The notes: generated by a model from the letters alone, not told the origin. DNA of 64,000 bases from Mobula hypostoma (GCF_963921235.1 NC_086097.1:129830001-129894000), one strand, 5' to 3'; shown: positions 25,733-39,929, numbered from the stretch's first letter. Translations and numbers: made by a program.

Positions 25733-27129
25733 CTGCAGCAATAGAAAATAGGGCGGCATTACAGACAGAGAACTGATATAAACACACACCTGCCTCTTCC
25801 AGGGCTTTCTGGAGAAAAGGCAAAGAGAGGAGGGAGAAAGAAACACTGGTAAGTCAGTTCAGAATAAAAACACAGGAAGAAAAGGGAAAGAGAGGGCTGG
25901 AATGGGGGAAAGGAGCTAGAGGCAGGAATGAGAAAGAGGGGAGACAGGGGTTAAGAGAGAGAGTGACAGGGGTAAAGGCAGGGAGCCAGTACAAACCAGA
26001 GGGTGAATGAGATGGGGGGGGGGACAATTAAACAGGGGAAGAAGTGACACAGAGGGGGAGGGAAGATGATATAAATAATGATATCCTCAAAGAGAACATA
26101 ATGTGCATTTAATTATTCTCTGTTCAAGATCCAAGTTGTGCATTGATAATTATTTCTGAATAAATGTAGAGCTGCTCTGTGAAAAGCAAAGTAGTGGAAG
26201 TTAACCCGCTGAATCCATTGAACTGTGCACCTGGGGAACTGCCAAGATCATGCAACTTGTGTGTTCAGTAATGCCTAGACAGTGGCTCCTCACAAGATCA
26301 CACATTTAGCAACTCCTGCTGTGCATTTCACCTGTTCCACAGTTGGAAGAGAAATTCAATTCTCCATGCTGTGTAAGCAAAGGGAGTGCTTTAAATGCTC
26401 CTCATCAGTTGATGCCATGCTGTCAGTTTGGCCACAGGGTTCACCATTCCAGGGAATCAGTGAAACAAACTGTCGCAAAGGATCAGCTTGGGACCTGCTT
26501 CAATAACCAGGGCAATATGTTGAACTGGGATGGGGCGGGGGGGGGATGCGGAAGCTCATGACTCAGATTATGTACCTTTAAATCTAGTGCTGTCCTGAAT
26601 TGTGTGGAATACAAAGCTCCAAAGACAAGCCTTTTATACTTTGACTAGCCAACGCAAGGTCCAGGTAGCACATTCTTCATGGCAAAACAAACACAATTTT
26701 TTGATTAAAGGAAAGCAGAATGATATATTTAGACTCAATGAATTTCACTGAAGAATGCAGGGTCACTGAAGTTTATTACTAGCGATTCTTCCCCCAAATC
26801 AAAACCTGTTTGGGTTAAAGAAGAAATTTGTCTTTGCCTGCAGACTTCAAAGGTTTGCAAGATTATTGTTCAGCAGTTGGACTCACTATGTATTGTAAAA
26901 CTCAATATCCATTATCTGACGATTTGGAAATTGCATTGGTTGAGAACCAAGCTCACCTGGTGATATTTGTTGCTCTCCTTAAACTCACCAGGGTTCCTGT
27001 TGCTATACTCTCTTGAAACTCACTGGTTCTACTGTACAATATCCAAAAAAAAAAAGTGAACTAAGTGTATGTTGGAACATCCAAGACTCTGGAAAATCTG
27101 CAGGTTTAGCATTACCAAAGTTCCAAGTG

Positions 27130-27940
27130 CGCCAAGTTAATTTGTAAATCGTATATTATTGTCACATGTTCAAAGTAAATCTTATCATCAAAATACATAT
27201 ATGTGGCCATAAACAATCTTGAGATTCATTTTCCTGTAGGCATAATCACCAATCTATAGAATAGTAACTATAACAGGATCAATGAATGACAACCAGAGTG
27301 CAAGAAGACAACAAACTGTGCAGATGCAAATATAAATAAATAGCAATAAATAATGAGAACATGAGATGATGAGATAGAGTCCTTAAAGTGAGATCATTGG
27401 TTGTGTTAACATCTCAATGATGGGGCAAGTGAGATACAGTGAAAAGTTTGATTTGCATTCCATCCAGACAGATCATTCCACCCATGAGTACTTCGAAGTA
27501 GTACAAAGGGAGAGAAAAAACAGAATGCAGAATATAGTAGAATATGGTGCTATATTTACAGAGAAAGTGCAACTCAAGTAGACAAGTGTAAGGGTCATGT
27601 CAAGGAAGATTATGAACTCAAGGGTTCATCTTTAATACATAAGAGGTCCAAGAGTCTGATAACAACAGAGTAAAAGCTGTCCTTGAGCCTGGTGGAATGA
27701 GCACTTGGACCTTCTGCTCGATGGGAGGGATTAAAAGAGAGAATAAATGAGATGGTGGAAGGGATCCTTGCTTATGTTGGCAGCTTTCCTGAGGTAGCAG
27801 GAATTGTCCATGGAGGGAAAGCTGGCTTTCATGATGGACTGGGCTACGTTCAAATTTCTTGTGGTCTTGGGAAAAGCAGTTGCCAAATCAAGATGTGATG
27901 CCTCAAGATCGGGTGCTTTCCATTATACATCTGTAAAATT
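27130..27940 (-). mobile_element. Rex1/L2-type 3' end fragments
   Basis: aaagctgtccttgagcctggtg and gcagttgccaaatcaagatgtgatgc motifs, reverse complements of the Rex1-like 3' ends elsewhere in the window. Confidence 0.6.
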
Positions 27941-28267
27941 AACAGATACTCGCTTCTGAAAGAATTCCATCAACCTTGAACCGAGTGTGGTGGTCAAGAC
28001 CTACCATTTATCACTAGATGCTGGGAAGAAGTTCCTGCATTTAGCCCCGTGCTGTTAAGCTTTGCAGTTATTAACAATGGGTGAAACATGTGCATAAAAC
28101 TTCTAAAATATTTTTCTTACATAAATATGCTTCTAAAGATATTGGGCATATTTAAAGTGGCGATGGAAAAATGGCCAAAAGATCAAGGAATTGAAAGTTA
28201 TATGTAACCGGGCAGAGAGGAGTTGAGGTCAGTATAGATTAACCCTGATCAGACTGAAACCTCCTCC

Positions 28268-28602
28268 AAGAGGACCACAACCTTGCTGCGGCTTGAAGGC
28301 TACGTGCCTCAACGGCCCAGAGAGTTACGTTGGCTGGAGCCAAGGCGTTACGTTTTGGCTCCTGGTAGGGTCACCCATGCCAAACAGGTAGAGGACAGAC
28401 TAAAAGTGGTCCACCGGTATTCCATTGTTATGGAAACAGCACAGAAGAATCCTTCTGCACCTGATTGCGATGCTGCTCCAGAGTCTACACCCGGATCTTG
28501 CATCACTGACAGTAGTGAAAACCGAGAAGAAGCTACTGACATGATGAACACCACCAGAGATGGAGGATCTTCATTGCTATACTAAACGCCAGCAGGCAAT
28601 AA
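28268..28602 (+). mobile_element. Short RTE-5'UTR-derived element
   Basis: GC-rich and structured: ggagccaaggcg/cgttttggctcc hairpin, ggtagggtcacccatg motif, ggaccac/gtggtcc pairing. Confidence 0.5.
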
Positions 28603-29604
28603 CAGAATGAACCATGGGATAGGATTGGGGGGCCGAACAGTCTGTTCTACTCATTTTTCTCATGTGTTTTTAATCTATACTGGATTTACACCGGAGAAGA
28701 TCTTCCTGTCTGGTGCCAGCGATGTCTTCTGTTGGCATTTCCATGTGTCTGAGTATAATGTAGGGGCGGTCTCAGCAAACAGCCTTCTGCAGTCATAGAA
28801 TGGCTTTAACAGATGGTGAGGACCCACTCCCATCCACCAGTCTCATCAGATATCAGCATTAATATTTGGACATGTCTTTGACAATTGTAAATAGTAGCGT
28901 CTATTTTAAAGAAAACGTTTTACATTTAACACTGAAACAGATTCACAAGTGAAAATAAAAAGATCTGCAGATGCTGGAAGTCTGAAGTAAAAACAGAAAA
29001 TACTGGAAAGGCTCAAGAGGTCAGGCAGCATCTATGGGAAGAGAAGCGGCTAGTGCATCAGGCACAATGAAAAGCTAATTGAAAACACCAAACGCAACTT
29101 AACTAAACAACAGTCCTGATGCAGAGTTTCAACCCAAAATGTGGACAATTCAATTGATAAACTGATGGTGCTTGATCCACAGAGTTCCTCAAGCAGATTG
29201 TTTGTTGCTCCAGATTCCACGTCAACAGCCTCTTGTTTCTCCAATGAAAACCTGTCATCCTGGTGGTTGTTGTCCCCTCTCCAGTTCAACAGGACTAGCC
29301 AGGCAGGCATCAGATTTAAGTCCACACAGAATCAGCAGGCAGATTTCACACCCTCCGAACTGGTAAGTCTAAGGAAGTTCATGTTGTCCCATTTGATTCC
29401 ACCAGCACAGTTGATGCCTCCTGAAACTTCAGCTGATGCAGCTATGGAAGCTGGAATTGCCATCACGATAGGCATACATGTGATGGGTTGAACATTGGGC
29501 TCAAGTGGAATTATCTGGGATAGTAGGATTCCAGCTTATTTGCGTTACGAGCAGGAAATGATGGAAATACTCTGCAGGCCAGGCAGCATCCATAGAAAGG
29601 GAAA

Positions 29605-30300
29605 CAAAATACAGAACTGCACAACACAGGAATAGGCCCCTCGGCCCACAATACTATGCCAAATTAATGAAGGTTATGACACCTAATCCCTTCTACCTAC
29701 CCATGGTCCATATCCCTCCATTCACTGTATTTCCACATGGAAGCTCTTAAACACCTCTGCCTCCACACCATCCTTGGCAGCAATTTTCAGGCACCCACCA
29801 CTCTCTGTGTAAAGAAAATCCGCCGCATAAATCTCATTTGAATTTTCCTCCTCTCACTTTAAGTGCCTACCCTCTAGAATTAGATATTTTCACCACAGGG
29901 AAAAAAAAGATTCCAGCTGTCTTCTCTATGACTAATAATTTTTTGAACTTCTTTCGGGTCTCTCCTCAACCTCATTATCCAGAGAAAACAACCCATGTTT
30001 GTCCAATCTCTCCTTGTAGATTATGCTTACTAATATAGGCAACAACCTGGTAAACCTCTTCAGGGGTGCCCCCCCTCCTGAGCATCCACACCTTTCTAAT
30101 AATGGAGCAACCAGTACTGAATGCAATACTCCAGATCTGGTCCAACCACTGTTTCATAAACCGGCAATATACCTTTCCAAATATTGAACTCAAAATGGCT
30201 CAACTAATAAAGGCACCTTCTTAACCACCCTATCAACTTGTGCAGCCACTTTCAGAGTGCTATTTAGGGACTTGGACTCTAAGATCCCTCTGCACATCAA
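29605..30300 (-). mobile_element. CR1 3' fragment
   Basis: KRFTRLLP..YKERLDKHGLFSL. Confidence 0.75.
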
Positions 30301-32257
30301 AAACAGAGTTAACCTTACAGGTCCAGGACTTTTGGTCAAATGTTAACTCTTTTGTTTCCCTGCAGATTCTACTTAACCGGCCCAGTAATTCCACCTTGTT
30401 TTTGTTTTTCTTTTAAATTTCTGATCCCTAGAAGCTTGCAGTATTTTTGACATTAATGTGCTTTGTTTGTTAGCTTATGCCATCTAATAGAGTCAGTCTT
30501 CAGTCATAAAGAGTAGCAGAGTGGGAACAGAAAGGGTATACTACTGTTATTTTCCATTTCAGCATGACAGTACTAAGGAACATCAGAACCAACTTTAGAA
30601 ATGGATTGCTAACTCTTCTGTACTAACCCAAGGGGATAAGACTTCCCCTATAAGGGGGAATTTCATTTTGAATTAACAATGTGCACCATACCAACATCAC
30701 AGTGCCACTGAAATTCTAGTCTAGTAATTAATCTTAGTCAAATGACTAACGTTGCCCTCAGTGGGCTGTTCCTGCCCAAAGGAATTCCTACCAACTTACA
30801 GGTATCCAGAAAGTTCCAAGTCTAGTCTAAACTTCAAAAAAAAGAGAAATCTATTATTTTTGGCAGTTCTATGGCACACAGAAGGAATTTTACTGCCTGT
30901 CATAATAAGTACAGGGTAAACTTATTCTTTAAGAAGTTTTACAGTAATACAGAACAGAAAGTCTCAACAATGATGGATAACACTGGAATACACTGCTCGT
31001 CAAATCTGGGAAGAATAACAATTTTATTACCTTGAGACTTTGCAAACTGCTACTCATTGAGACTTACTACTATCCAATGAGATCATTTCCCTGTCTTCTT
31101 ACACATCTTTGGTTATCAATTTCAGTGCTGGTATCAGCAGCTCCTACTGGATCAATTCCAAACACCTTCCACTGCCTGCACCTGGAAATGTTTCCCAAAC
31201 TCACTTCCCAAATGTTCGACAATACCACCTTTTCCAGCTTCCCCAAGGGAAGTAGTTTCCCTCCAATTGACCCTTAACAACTTTAGAATTTCAAGTGAAT
31301 TATCATTTAAGCTCTTAAATTCCAAGGAATATAGCTTTCATGTAATCCTTCCTCGCAATTTAACCTGAGGAATCTGCAACTGTCCTCCTTTGAAGAACAA
31401 AAATGCAGGGTCCAAAATGAGAGGTCTGCTCACATACAAAACTTGATCTGAATTCTTTCTGAGCCCAAATACATGATTTTTTGTTACCTGAACCCAATAT
31501 GTTCGGACCCAAGCTCTACACAGAAATGCCCCCAATTCTGCCAATGCGGTTTGGCCATATTGCAGGCTTCACCTTTTTGTATCTGGTCCTTTTGATATAA
31601 AGGCCAACACTTCCTTCTTCCTTGTGATTATACATGTATTTATAAAGCCCACTGGCCAAATTCCTTTTGTATAATTGTGTTGGAAACCGCTATGTTTTTG
31701 ATAATACTTTCATAAGATTTGTACTTTTTAACAAACTCATGTATTTTTCACATTCACTAGCAGAAAGTGGTATAGCAGCTAAACTAACGGTTTATCACCT
31801 TTCTCATCTTTCATTGGCACATTATTAGTACATTACCCACGCGATATAATTGTTTTAATTATGTAGCCTATTAACAAATTCATTTCTAAGGAATTTCTCT
31901 TATCTATAAAAGTGTTAGATTTTTCAGAAGTACCATCTTTATTCTTTAGGCTATACACCTCTTAGCATGTTTCTCAGCTCGTTATTTAGTTTGCTTAGTA
32001 TTTGTATGTTCATTTATCCTCCAAAATGAACTGAAATCGTTGAATTAAGACCACTCATCATTCTTGACTCCTGGAAGAACTCCAAGGATCAGAAATTAAA
32101 CAGGGATTCAACAATTGCTTCTTGCTTTTTGCCATTTTGAAAGTACTCAGTTCTATCTTTTTCAGATTCAGATTAGTTTGCTTTACTTTATTGTTACCAG
32201 GGTGCAACAAAATTCCTTGTTCGCATGAAATTAACAGTAAACAGTACATATACTTTC

Positions 32258-32950
32258 TTCAGCCAATGATTGGTGTGTCAGGGCTGACCTGGACAGGAAA
32301 GGCAGTTTCCCGGAGCAAATAGCTTTCTCAACATTGCGTCCAGATATAATCGTATGGTCTGACACCAGTAGGGAAGTGGTTATTGGTGAACTCACAGTCC
32401 CCTGGGAAGACAACATCGATGAAGCCCATGAGCGCAAGTTAACCAAGTATGCAGAATTAAGATCAGAGTGCAGAGACAGAGGGTGGAAGGTCTCATGCTA
32501 TCCATTCGAAGTAGGCTGCCGTGGGTTTATTGCGTTCACTTTCCAGAAGTGGCTGCGGACCTTGGCTTCACTAGAAGAGAGATCAAGTCAACCAGCAGGG
32601 TTGTAGCTGAGGCAGCAGAGAAAGGATCAGCATGCGTGTAGACCAAGTACGTCCAGAGGGGCAGATAGTCAGACAGTGTATACATATCTTGCAAACCCTT
32701 CAGTAGTTGCATAGACACCTGAAGAGCAGACTATCTGTTGGATGGAAGTGACTGATAGAGGCAGATGCCAAGTTTTTAAGCTCACCAGTGGGAGGTGGTG
32801 CTTTAGCACTGCTGGCCCACCACCTCGAGGGAGTCTTGATCATAAGCGGGCCGAAACTCCTGAAGACAGGTGGTGGATCAACTGATGATCCCACTGGTGA
32901 TAGCACAGGACAGTTAACATCTCAGTCCACGTGTATTTTGTAACTCTGAT
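32258..32950 (+). mobile_element. Hero-clade (restriction-like endonuclease) non-LTR retrotransposon, 3' fragment
   Basis: LRPDIIVWS..VIGELTVPWEDNIDEAHERKLTKY..PFEVGCRGF, a PD-(D/E)xK RLE domain, followed by a 3'UTR. Confidence 0.9.
32829..32895 (+). ncRNA. Predicted non-circularly permuted hammerhead ribozyme, copy 1
   Basis: ggagTC-ttgatc / agcggg-cc-GAAA-ctcc / gatcaa-CTGATGA-t-cccact. Confidence 0.7.
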
Positions 32951-32954
32951 AATA

Positions 32955-33350
32955 ATATGTTGAGGCTGATGTCAGAACATCTTTCATAAAAGTGAATCCT
33001 TGCAAGGCATCAGGCCCTGATGGTATACTGGCTTGGTACTGAACAACTGTGCTGATCAGCTAGCTAAAGTATTCAAGACATCTTCAGCCTCTCAATGTTG
33101 AAGTCAGAGGTTCCCACCTCTTTCCAAAGCACAGCAATCATACCAGTGCCCAAGAAGAACAGGGTGAGCTGCCTCAATGACTATTTACTGGTAGCACTCC
33201 CATCTACCATAATAATGTTTTGAGAGGTTAGTTATGGTTAGAATTAAGTCCTGCCTGAGCAAGGACCTAAACCCACTACAAATTTGCCCTCTACCACAAT
33301 AGATCTACAGTGAACACAATCTCACTCTGCTCTGGAGCACCTAAACAACA
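32955..33350 (+). mobile_element. Rex1/Babar RT fragment
   Basis: Remnants of KASGPDG..CADQLA..VPTSFQSTAIIPVPKK..CLNDY. Confidence 0.75.
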
Positions 33351-34714
33351 TAGAATTTATATCCTGGATTTTTATGCCATGGTAATAAACTTCAACTATT
33401 GGTTTATTGGGATACTAAAATTCTTATGTTTGGATGTCATCCATACAGATACATAGAAGGAAGATGGGAGAGGTTAATACATTGCATGGAATGATGCTGT
33501 GAGATGGGGAGTTAAACTGCTGGTGAAGATGAAAAAGTCTCTTTCTATTTAAATCCACTCCATATACTGTAGATTGGCAAACAACATTTCTTTGTCTTCC
33601 TCAACCAGTACCAGTTCTCTCTTTCTCTTCATATAGCCACAGAGATTCCCTTTGTTCTCTTCAACTACGCAGTCCCATCCACTTCTTTGCAACTTACAAC
33701 TTATCACTTCTAACTTTTCCTGGTTATAACAAAAGGCTTTTGATTCCAATGTCAGCTCCACAGATGCTACTCAACCTGCTGAGCATTTCCGTTATTTTCT
33801 GACTTTTATTTCAGATTTTCAACATCTGCAGTATTTCAATCCTTGGATCCTTAGAATTCCCTATCTAAAAGGACAGTGGAAACTCATTTACAGAGTTATT
33901 CAAAACAAGAGATCGATAGTATTTTGGAAAATATAGGAATCAGTGGAAAATGGGATGAGTGCAAGAAAGATCAGCCATGATCTCTGAGTGGTGGAGTCGG
34001 CAAGAAGTGTTGAAAAGCTAGCTACAGTTTCAAGCTCTTATATTCTCAAGAGCATCAATCATTCTACCATTGTCAACAGCTTTCAAAATCATGTAAATAA
34101 TTCAGAAGGAGGAAGTTCAGGAAATGAAGAGGTTGGAATATAGAAAATGCGCACATTCCTTCAGAATCAAAATTAACCACAAATAACTGGAAAAAAGAGA
34201 CAAAATGACTTATCCCTTAAAGAGAAAACAGATACGAGTACAAAAAATGCTGAGGATACTTAGCAGACCATGAAGCAACTATGGAGGGAGAAAATACAGC
34301 TCAATTTTGAGACTGGACACAACCAGCTGAGATCACAATATTTTCTCTTGATTTCAGATTTCCAGCACCTGCAAACTTTTGCACTGTTTCAGTGTTGCAT
34401 TAATTCCAGTAAATAATGATTAAATGCCAGTTTATTGAATGAATGTCTGTTGTGCTTAAGGATGCAGTAACAATGAAAGTGTGCACTGTGTGCCCAGATT
34501 AACTTGGAGAAATATCAGAAAAACTCTACTTGCATGATTTAAACACATACCTCAAACAGAAGGAAATAAGTTGCACCTGTACAGCTTGTTTCATAACTCA
34601 GCTATGCCTCTAATGATGTGATTTTAAAATGGAGTCTCCATTGTTTTCTGGGAAACATGACCAGCACCTCAGACACAGCAGGGACTATCTCCTCTTGACT
34701 TCTATGAATTAAAG

Positions 34715-37700
34715 TCAGGACAGAGCAGCCAGTACAAAGTACCCCTGAGGCCATTCCCCATGATAATAAGTATACCGGCTTGGATACTGTTGTGGGGGAC
34801 GACCTACCAGTGTGGGGTGCGGGGGGGGGGGGGGAAAGGCAGCTGCAGTGACAAGGTCCCTGGCACTGAGTCTGTTGCTGTGGCTCAGAAAAGAAGACAG
34901 GTGAGGAGGACTGCAGTAGTGAAGGGAGGTTGAGACGAGATTCTGTGTTTGCAAAAGAGAGACCCAGATAGCATGCTGTTTCCCAGGTGCCAGGGCCAGG
35001 GATGTCATAGATCGGGTCCACGGCATTCTACAGGTGAGCAGCCTGAAGCCGTGGTACAGTGCCCATAAAAAGTATTCACCCCACTCCCCCCGGAAGTTTT
35101 CATGTTTTATTGTTTCATAGCATTGAATCACAGTGGATTTAATTTGGCTTTTAATTGACACTGATCAACAGAAAAAGACATCCGTGTCAAACTGAAAACA
35201 AATCTCTACAGAGTGGTCTAAATTAATTTTAAATATAAAACACAAAATAATTGATTGCATAAATATTCACCCCCTTTAATATGACACACCAATTCATCAC
35301 TGGTGCAGCCAACTGATTCTAGAAGTCACATAATTAGTTAAATGGAGATCACCATGTGCAGTCAAGGTGTTTCAATTGATTGCAGTAAAAATACACCTGT
35401 ACTGTATCTGGGAGTCCAACTGCTGGTGACTCAGTGTCCTGGCAAAAACTACACCATGAAGACAAAAGAACACTTCAAGCAACTCTGCAAAAAGTTTACT
35501 GACAAATACAAGTCAGGAGATGGACGTAAGAAAATTTCCAAGTCAGTGAATATCCCCTGGAATACAGTTAAGTCATCATCTAGAAATGGAAAGAATATGG
35601 CACAGTTGTAAATCTGCCTAGAGCAGGCTGTCCTCAAAAACTGAATGACTGCAAGAAGGGGACTAGTGAGGGAGACTACCAAGAGACCTATGACAACTCT
35701 GGAGGAGTTACAAGCTTCAGTGGCTGAGATGGGAGAGACTGTGCATACAACAACTGTTACTTGGGTGCTTCATCAGTCACAGCTTTATGGGAGCGTGGCA
35801 AAGAGAAAGCCATTGTTGAAAAAAACTCACATGAAATCTCAGCTACAGTTTGCCAGAAGGCATGTGGGAGACTCTGAAGTCAGCTGGAAAAAGGTCCTAT
35901 GGTCTGCGAAACCAAAATTGAGCTTTCTGGGCAATAGACTAAATGCTACATTTGGTGTAAGCCGAACACCGCACACCATCAAAAACTCTTTGTCTCTCCC
36001 GTGAAGCATGGTGATGACTACATCATGCTGTGGGGTTGCTTCATTGCAGCAGGGCCTGGAAGGTTTGTGATAGTAGAGGGTAAAATGAATGCTGCAAAAT
36101 ACAGGGAAATCCTGGGAGAAAACCTGATGCAGTCTGCAAGAGAACTGCGACTTGGGAGAACATTGGTTTTCCAGCAAGACAATGACCCCAAGCACAAAGC
36201 CAAAGCTACACAGGAATGGTTTAAAAACAACGAAGTTAATGTCCTGGAGTGGCCAAATCAGAGTCCAGTCCTCAATCCAATTGAGAATTTGTGGCAGGAC
36301 TTGAATAGGGCTGTTCACTCACAATCCCCATGCAATCTGACAGAGCTTAAACAGTTTTATAAAGAAGAATGGGGAAAAATTGCAGTGTCCGGATGTGCAA
36401 AGCTGATAGAGACCGATCCACATAGACTCAAGGCTGTAATTGGTGTCAAAGGTGGATCTACTAAATACTGACTTAAAAGGGGTGAATACTTATGCAATCA
36501 ATTATTTTGTGTTTTATATTAGTATTTAATTTAGATCATTTTGTAGAGATCTGTTTTCACTTTGGCACGAAATAGTCTTTTTCTGTTGATCAGTGTCAAA
36601 AAAAGCCAAATTAAATCCATTGTGATTCGGTATTGTGAAACATGGAAACTTCCAAGAGGTGTGAATACTTCTTATACGCACTGTACTTACTGGTACCAAT
36701 AACATAGGTAGGAGAGGCGAGGCGGTCCTGAGATTTTAGCGAACTTGGTAGAAATCTGAAAAGCAGGACCACCAGGGTAGTAATCTCCGAATTGCTGTCT
36801 GCACCACGCACCAGTGAAGGTAAGAATAGAAAGATCTGGCAGGAGTATGCATGGCTGAATAACTGGTGTAGTGGCAGGAGTTCAGATTTCTGGATCACTG
36901 GAATCTCTTCTAAGGAAGTTTAAACCTGTTAAAAAGGAATGGGTTACATCTAAACCAGAGGGGAGGGGCAATGTCCTTGCAGGCAGGTTTGCTAGAGCAG
37001 CTGGGGAGATTTAAACTAATTTGTCAGGGGGATGGGAACTGGAGTGATAGGGCTGGGGATGAGGCAGTTGGTATACAAACAGAGACAGTGAGTAGTGAGA
37101 CTGCTAGCAAGGACAGGCTGATGATAAGGCAAAATTGCAGTCAGTGGGATGAAGTGCAATATAAAAGGGGGATAAAAACAAGATTGAAGGTGTTATATTT
37201 GAATGCACACAGTATATGGAATAAGGTAAATAAACATAGCAGAGTTAGAGATTGGCAGTTATGACTTTGTGGGCATCACTGAGCCGTGGCTGAAAGAAGA
37301 TTAAAGCTGGGAGCTTAACATCCAAGGATACACATTGTATATAAAGGGCAGGCAGGTTGGCAGAGGGGATGAGGTGGCTCTGTTGGTAGAAAATGAAATA
37401 AAATCCTTAGAAAGAGGTGACACTTGTAGGTAGGCAAAGAAACTGCAAGGGGAAAAAGCCCCTGATGGGAATTATATACAGACCTCTGAACAGTAGCAAA
37501 GATGAGTGCTCCAAATTACAACAGGAAATAGAAAAGGCATCTCAAAAGGGCAATGTTACGATAGTCCTGGGGGATTTCAATGTACAGGTAGATTGGGAAA
37601 ATCAGGTTGGTGTTGGATCACATGAGGGGGTATTTGCAGAATTCTAATAAGAATGCTTTTTAGAGCAGCTCGTGGTTGAGCCCACTAGGAGATCAGCTAT

Positions 37701-38405
37701 TCTGGATTGAGTGTTGGGCAATGAACCGAAATTGATTAGAGAGCTGAAGCTAAAGGTGCCCTTAGATGTCAGTGATCATAATATGATAGAATTCACCCTG
37801 CAATTTGAGAGGGAGAAGCTAAAGTCACATTTAGCAGTATTACAGTGGAGTAAAGGGAATAACAAAGGTAAGAGAGGGGCTGGCAAAATTGATTGGAAGA
37901 GGACAGTAGCAAGGATGACGGAAAAGTAGCAATGGCTAAAATTTCTGGGAGCAATTCCGAAGGCACAGAATAGATAAATCCCAAAGAAAAAGCATCTTAA
38001 AGACAGGATGACGTAACCCTGGCTGACAAGGAATTCAAAGCCAACATAAAAGCCAAAGAGAGAGCATATAATAGACCAAAAATTAGTGGTAAGTTAAGAG
38101 GATTGGGAAGCTTCAGAAAACGAACAGCAGGCAACTAAAAAAGTCATAAAGCGGGAAAAGAGTGAAAAAATGGAATCTGAAGATAACCCAGTCAGTACTG
38201 CAATATTAATGAGGATATCAAAAGTTTCTTCAGACGTATAAAGAGTAAAAGAGGATTCAGAGGAGGTTCAAAGAATTATTTCAGGATTGAAAGGATTACC
38301 ATAGGAGATTGGAGCTGTGAGGGAAATGGATCAACCACGATGAAATAGTAGAGCTGATTCAATGAGCCAAATGGCCTAATTCTGCTGCTGTATCTTATGG
38401 TCTTA
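34715..38405 (+). mobile_element. CR1 LINE (ORF1 esterase, ORF2 endonuclease, internal deletion) interrupted by a Tc1 element
   Basis: CCFPGARARDV..EQPEAVV|..GTNNIG; VLYLNAHSIWNK; IIYRPLN..LGDFN; SDHNMIEF. Confidence 0.85.
35057..36683 (+). mobile_element. Tc1 transposon (IR/DR type), frameshifted transposase at ~35456-36471
   Basis: TA-flanked cagtg..cactg, ~220-bp TIRs with internal direct repeats (tattcacccc); KHGDDYIMLWGCF..FQQDNDPKH..SPVLNPIENLW..STKY. Confidence 0.95.
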
Positions 38406-39929
38406 TTGAAATAATACCAGTAAAACTCCATTAACTTGGCACACTTGAGGCTCTAATTGTGTCAGCCTAGCTGACATTCCGAACTGTTGGATGTTATTTT
38501 GCAGCATAATACGCCAAAGAACTTTCAATTCCAATTTTTCGAGGGAGCATAACCAATAGAACCAGGTAAATTTAAGGGGTGTGGGAGAGCCATGGCTCCA
38601 GTGAGTGGACAGAGAGCACGGCACATGTCACTACAGAGTCAGATAATGGTCAGACGCAGATTACTAAAGTTTCCATGCATACTTGAGAAATCAGTGAATG
38701 AACTTACACAAACCAATTCCTACCTCAGCAGCAGAAGACCATGCACCTCCTCTTGCACTACCATGATTGTGTTTTTTTGCCCAAATATACATTAGGTTTT
38801 GCACAAATATACATTATGTTTTACTGTGCTCGAAAAGGAACAGTAATCTATTCAATCTACAATGCCTTATAAAATGTGTACAGTTCCTCTGAATAACAGC
38901 ACAACCTTTTAATGCTTATATAAGAGAATAATTTGTGGCAAAAATATGTCACAAGTAATAAACTTTCACTTGCGATAAAATAGCAGTTATATTTTTAATG
39001 GCAATGTATTTAACTGCAATGAAGTTCAATTCTTCTGAAAAATTATAAGAAATTAATTTTGATTGTTAAAAACCTACTATTTCTTAAATTAATGCTTAGA
39101 ATACCAGATTTTTCTTTAATTGAGGCAGTTTATTTTTTAACTTCTACAAGTTGGCAAAAGTAATTTGTTATTTTCTAAGTTAATTAAAGTTATTTTCTAA
39201 CTTTATATAATGCTGAAGGAATAATCCCTTGGGTACTAGATACAGTACACTTATCTTCAACAAACATCAAGTTGCTGCTTGAGGGAACCTACCGACATTT
39301 TTTTTTGTCAACGGTGAATACACCCGACACCTATAATGCACTTTGGATTGATGTCAGATTAAAGGCATTTAAGAAATACAAGATTTTCTTTCATTTTTCT
39401 CCTCTGTCACAATACCTTTTGGATGATCCAGGTCTCAAGATCAATGGCAGTAACATTGCAAGAGAAGAAACTCCTTCAGAACAAGAACTGATATAACAGT
39501 GGGACACCTCAACAGATACCAGGAGGTACAATATTTCATTAATTTTATAAACACTTATTTTATGAATTTTCACTATCAGGCCTTTGAAGAATACTGACTC
39601 TCTTAGGTTTCACATTTTCAATTTTCAAAGCTATTTTGCAGTATAATTAATACACAGGCAGAAATCTACTTGTACTGACAATGATAAATTTTAGCCCAGC
39701 CTTCTGATTTACAAAATTTTGCTTCCTTGAATATTTTAGGAATGCAAGCCTTTCATGAATAAAAAATGGCTAAATTTAAAGGTACAGAGATGCTGTGAAC
39801 TTTGCTGAACCACATTCAGATTGGACATCAAGTTAAAGGTGAAAACATTTCAAACAATAGAGAAAAATAAATGGTCTCAATTCTCAATGGAACATCGGTG
39901 ACTGAGGAGTAACTATAAAGTCTATAAAG

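Noticed and set aside
31030..31181. Possible minus-strand exon (ttccag|GTG...CAAG|gtaa), phase-compatible with CTDP1
   Set aside because: The translation shows no FCP1 similarity and has stops; such sites occur by chance
38775..38825. Two ~21-bp tandem units (ttttgc.caaatatacatta)
   Set aside because: Simple slippage duplication; not an array and no spacers
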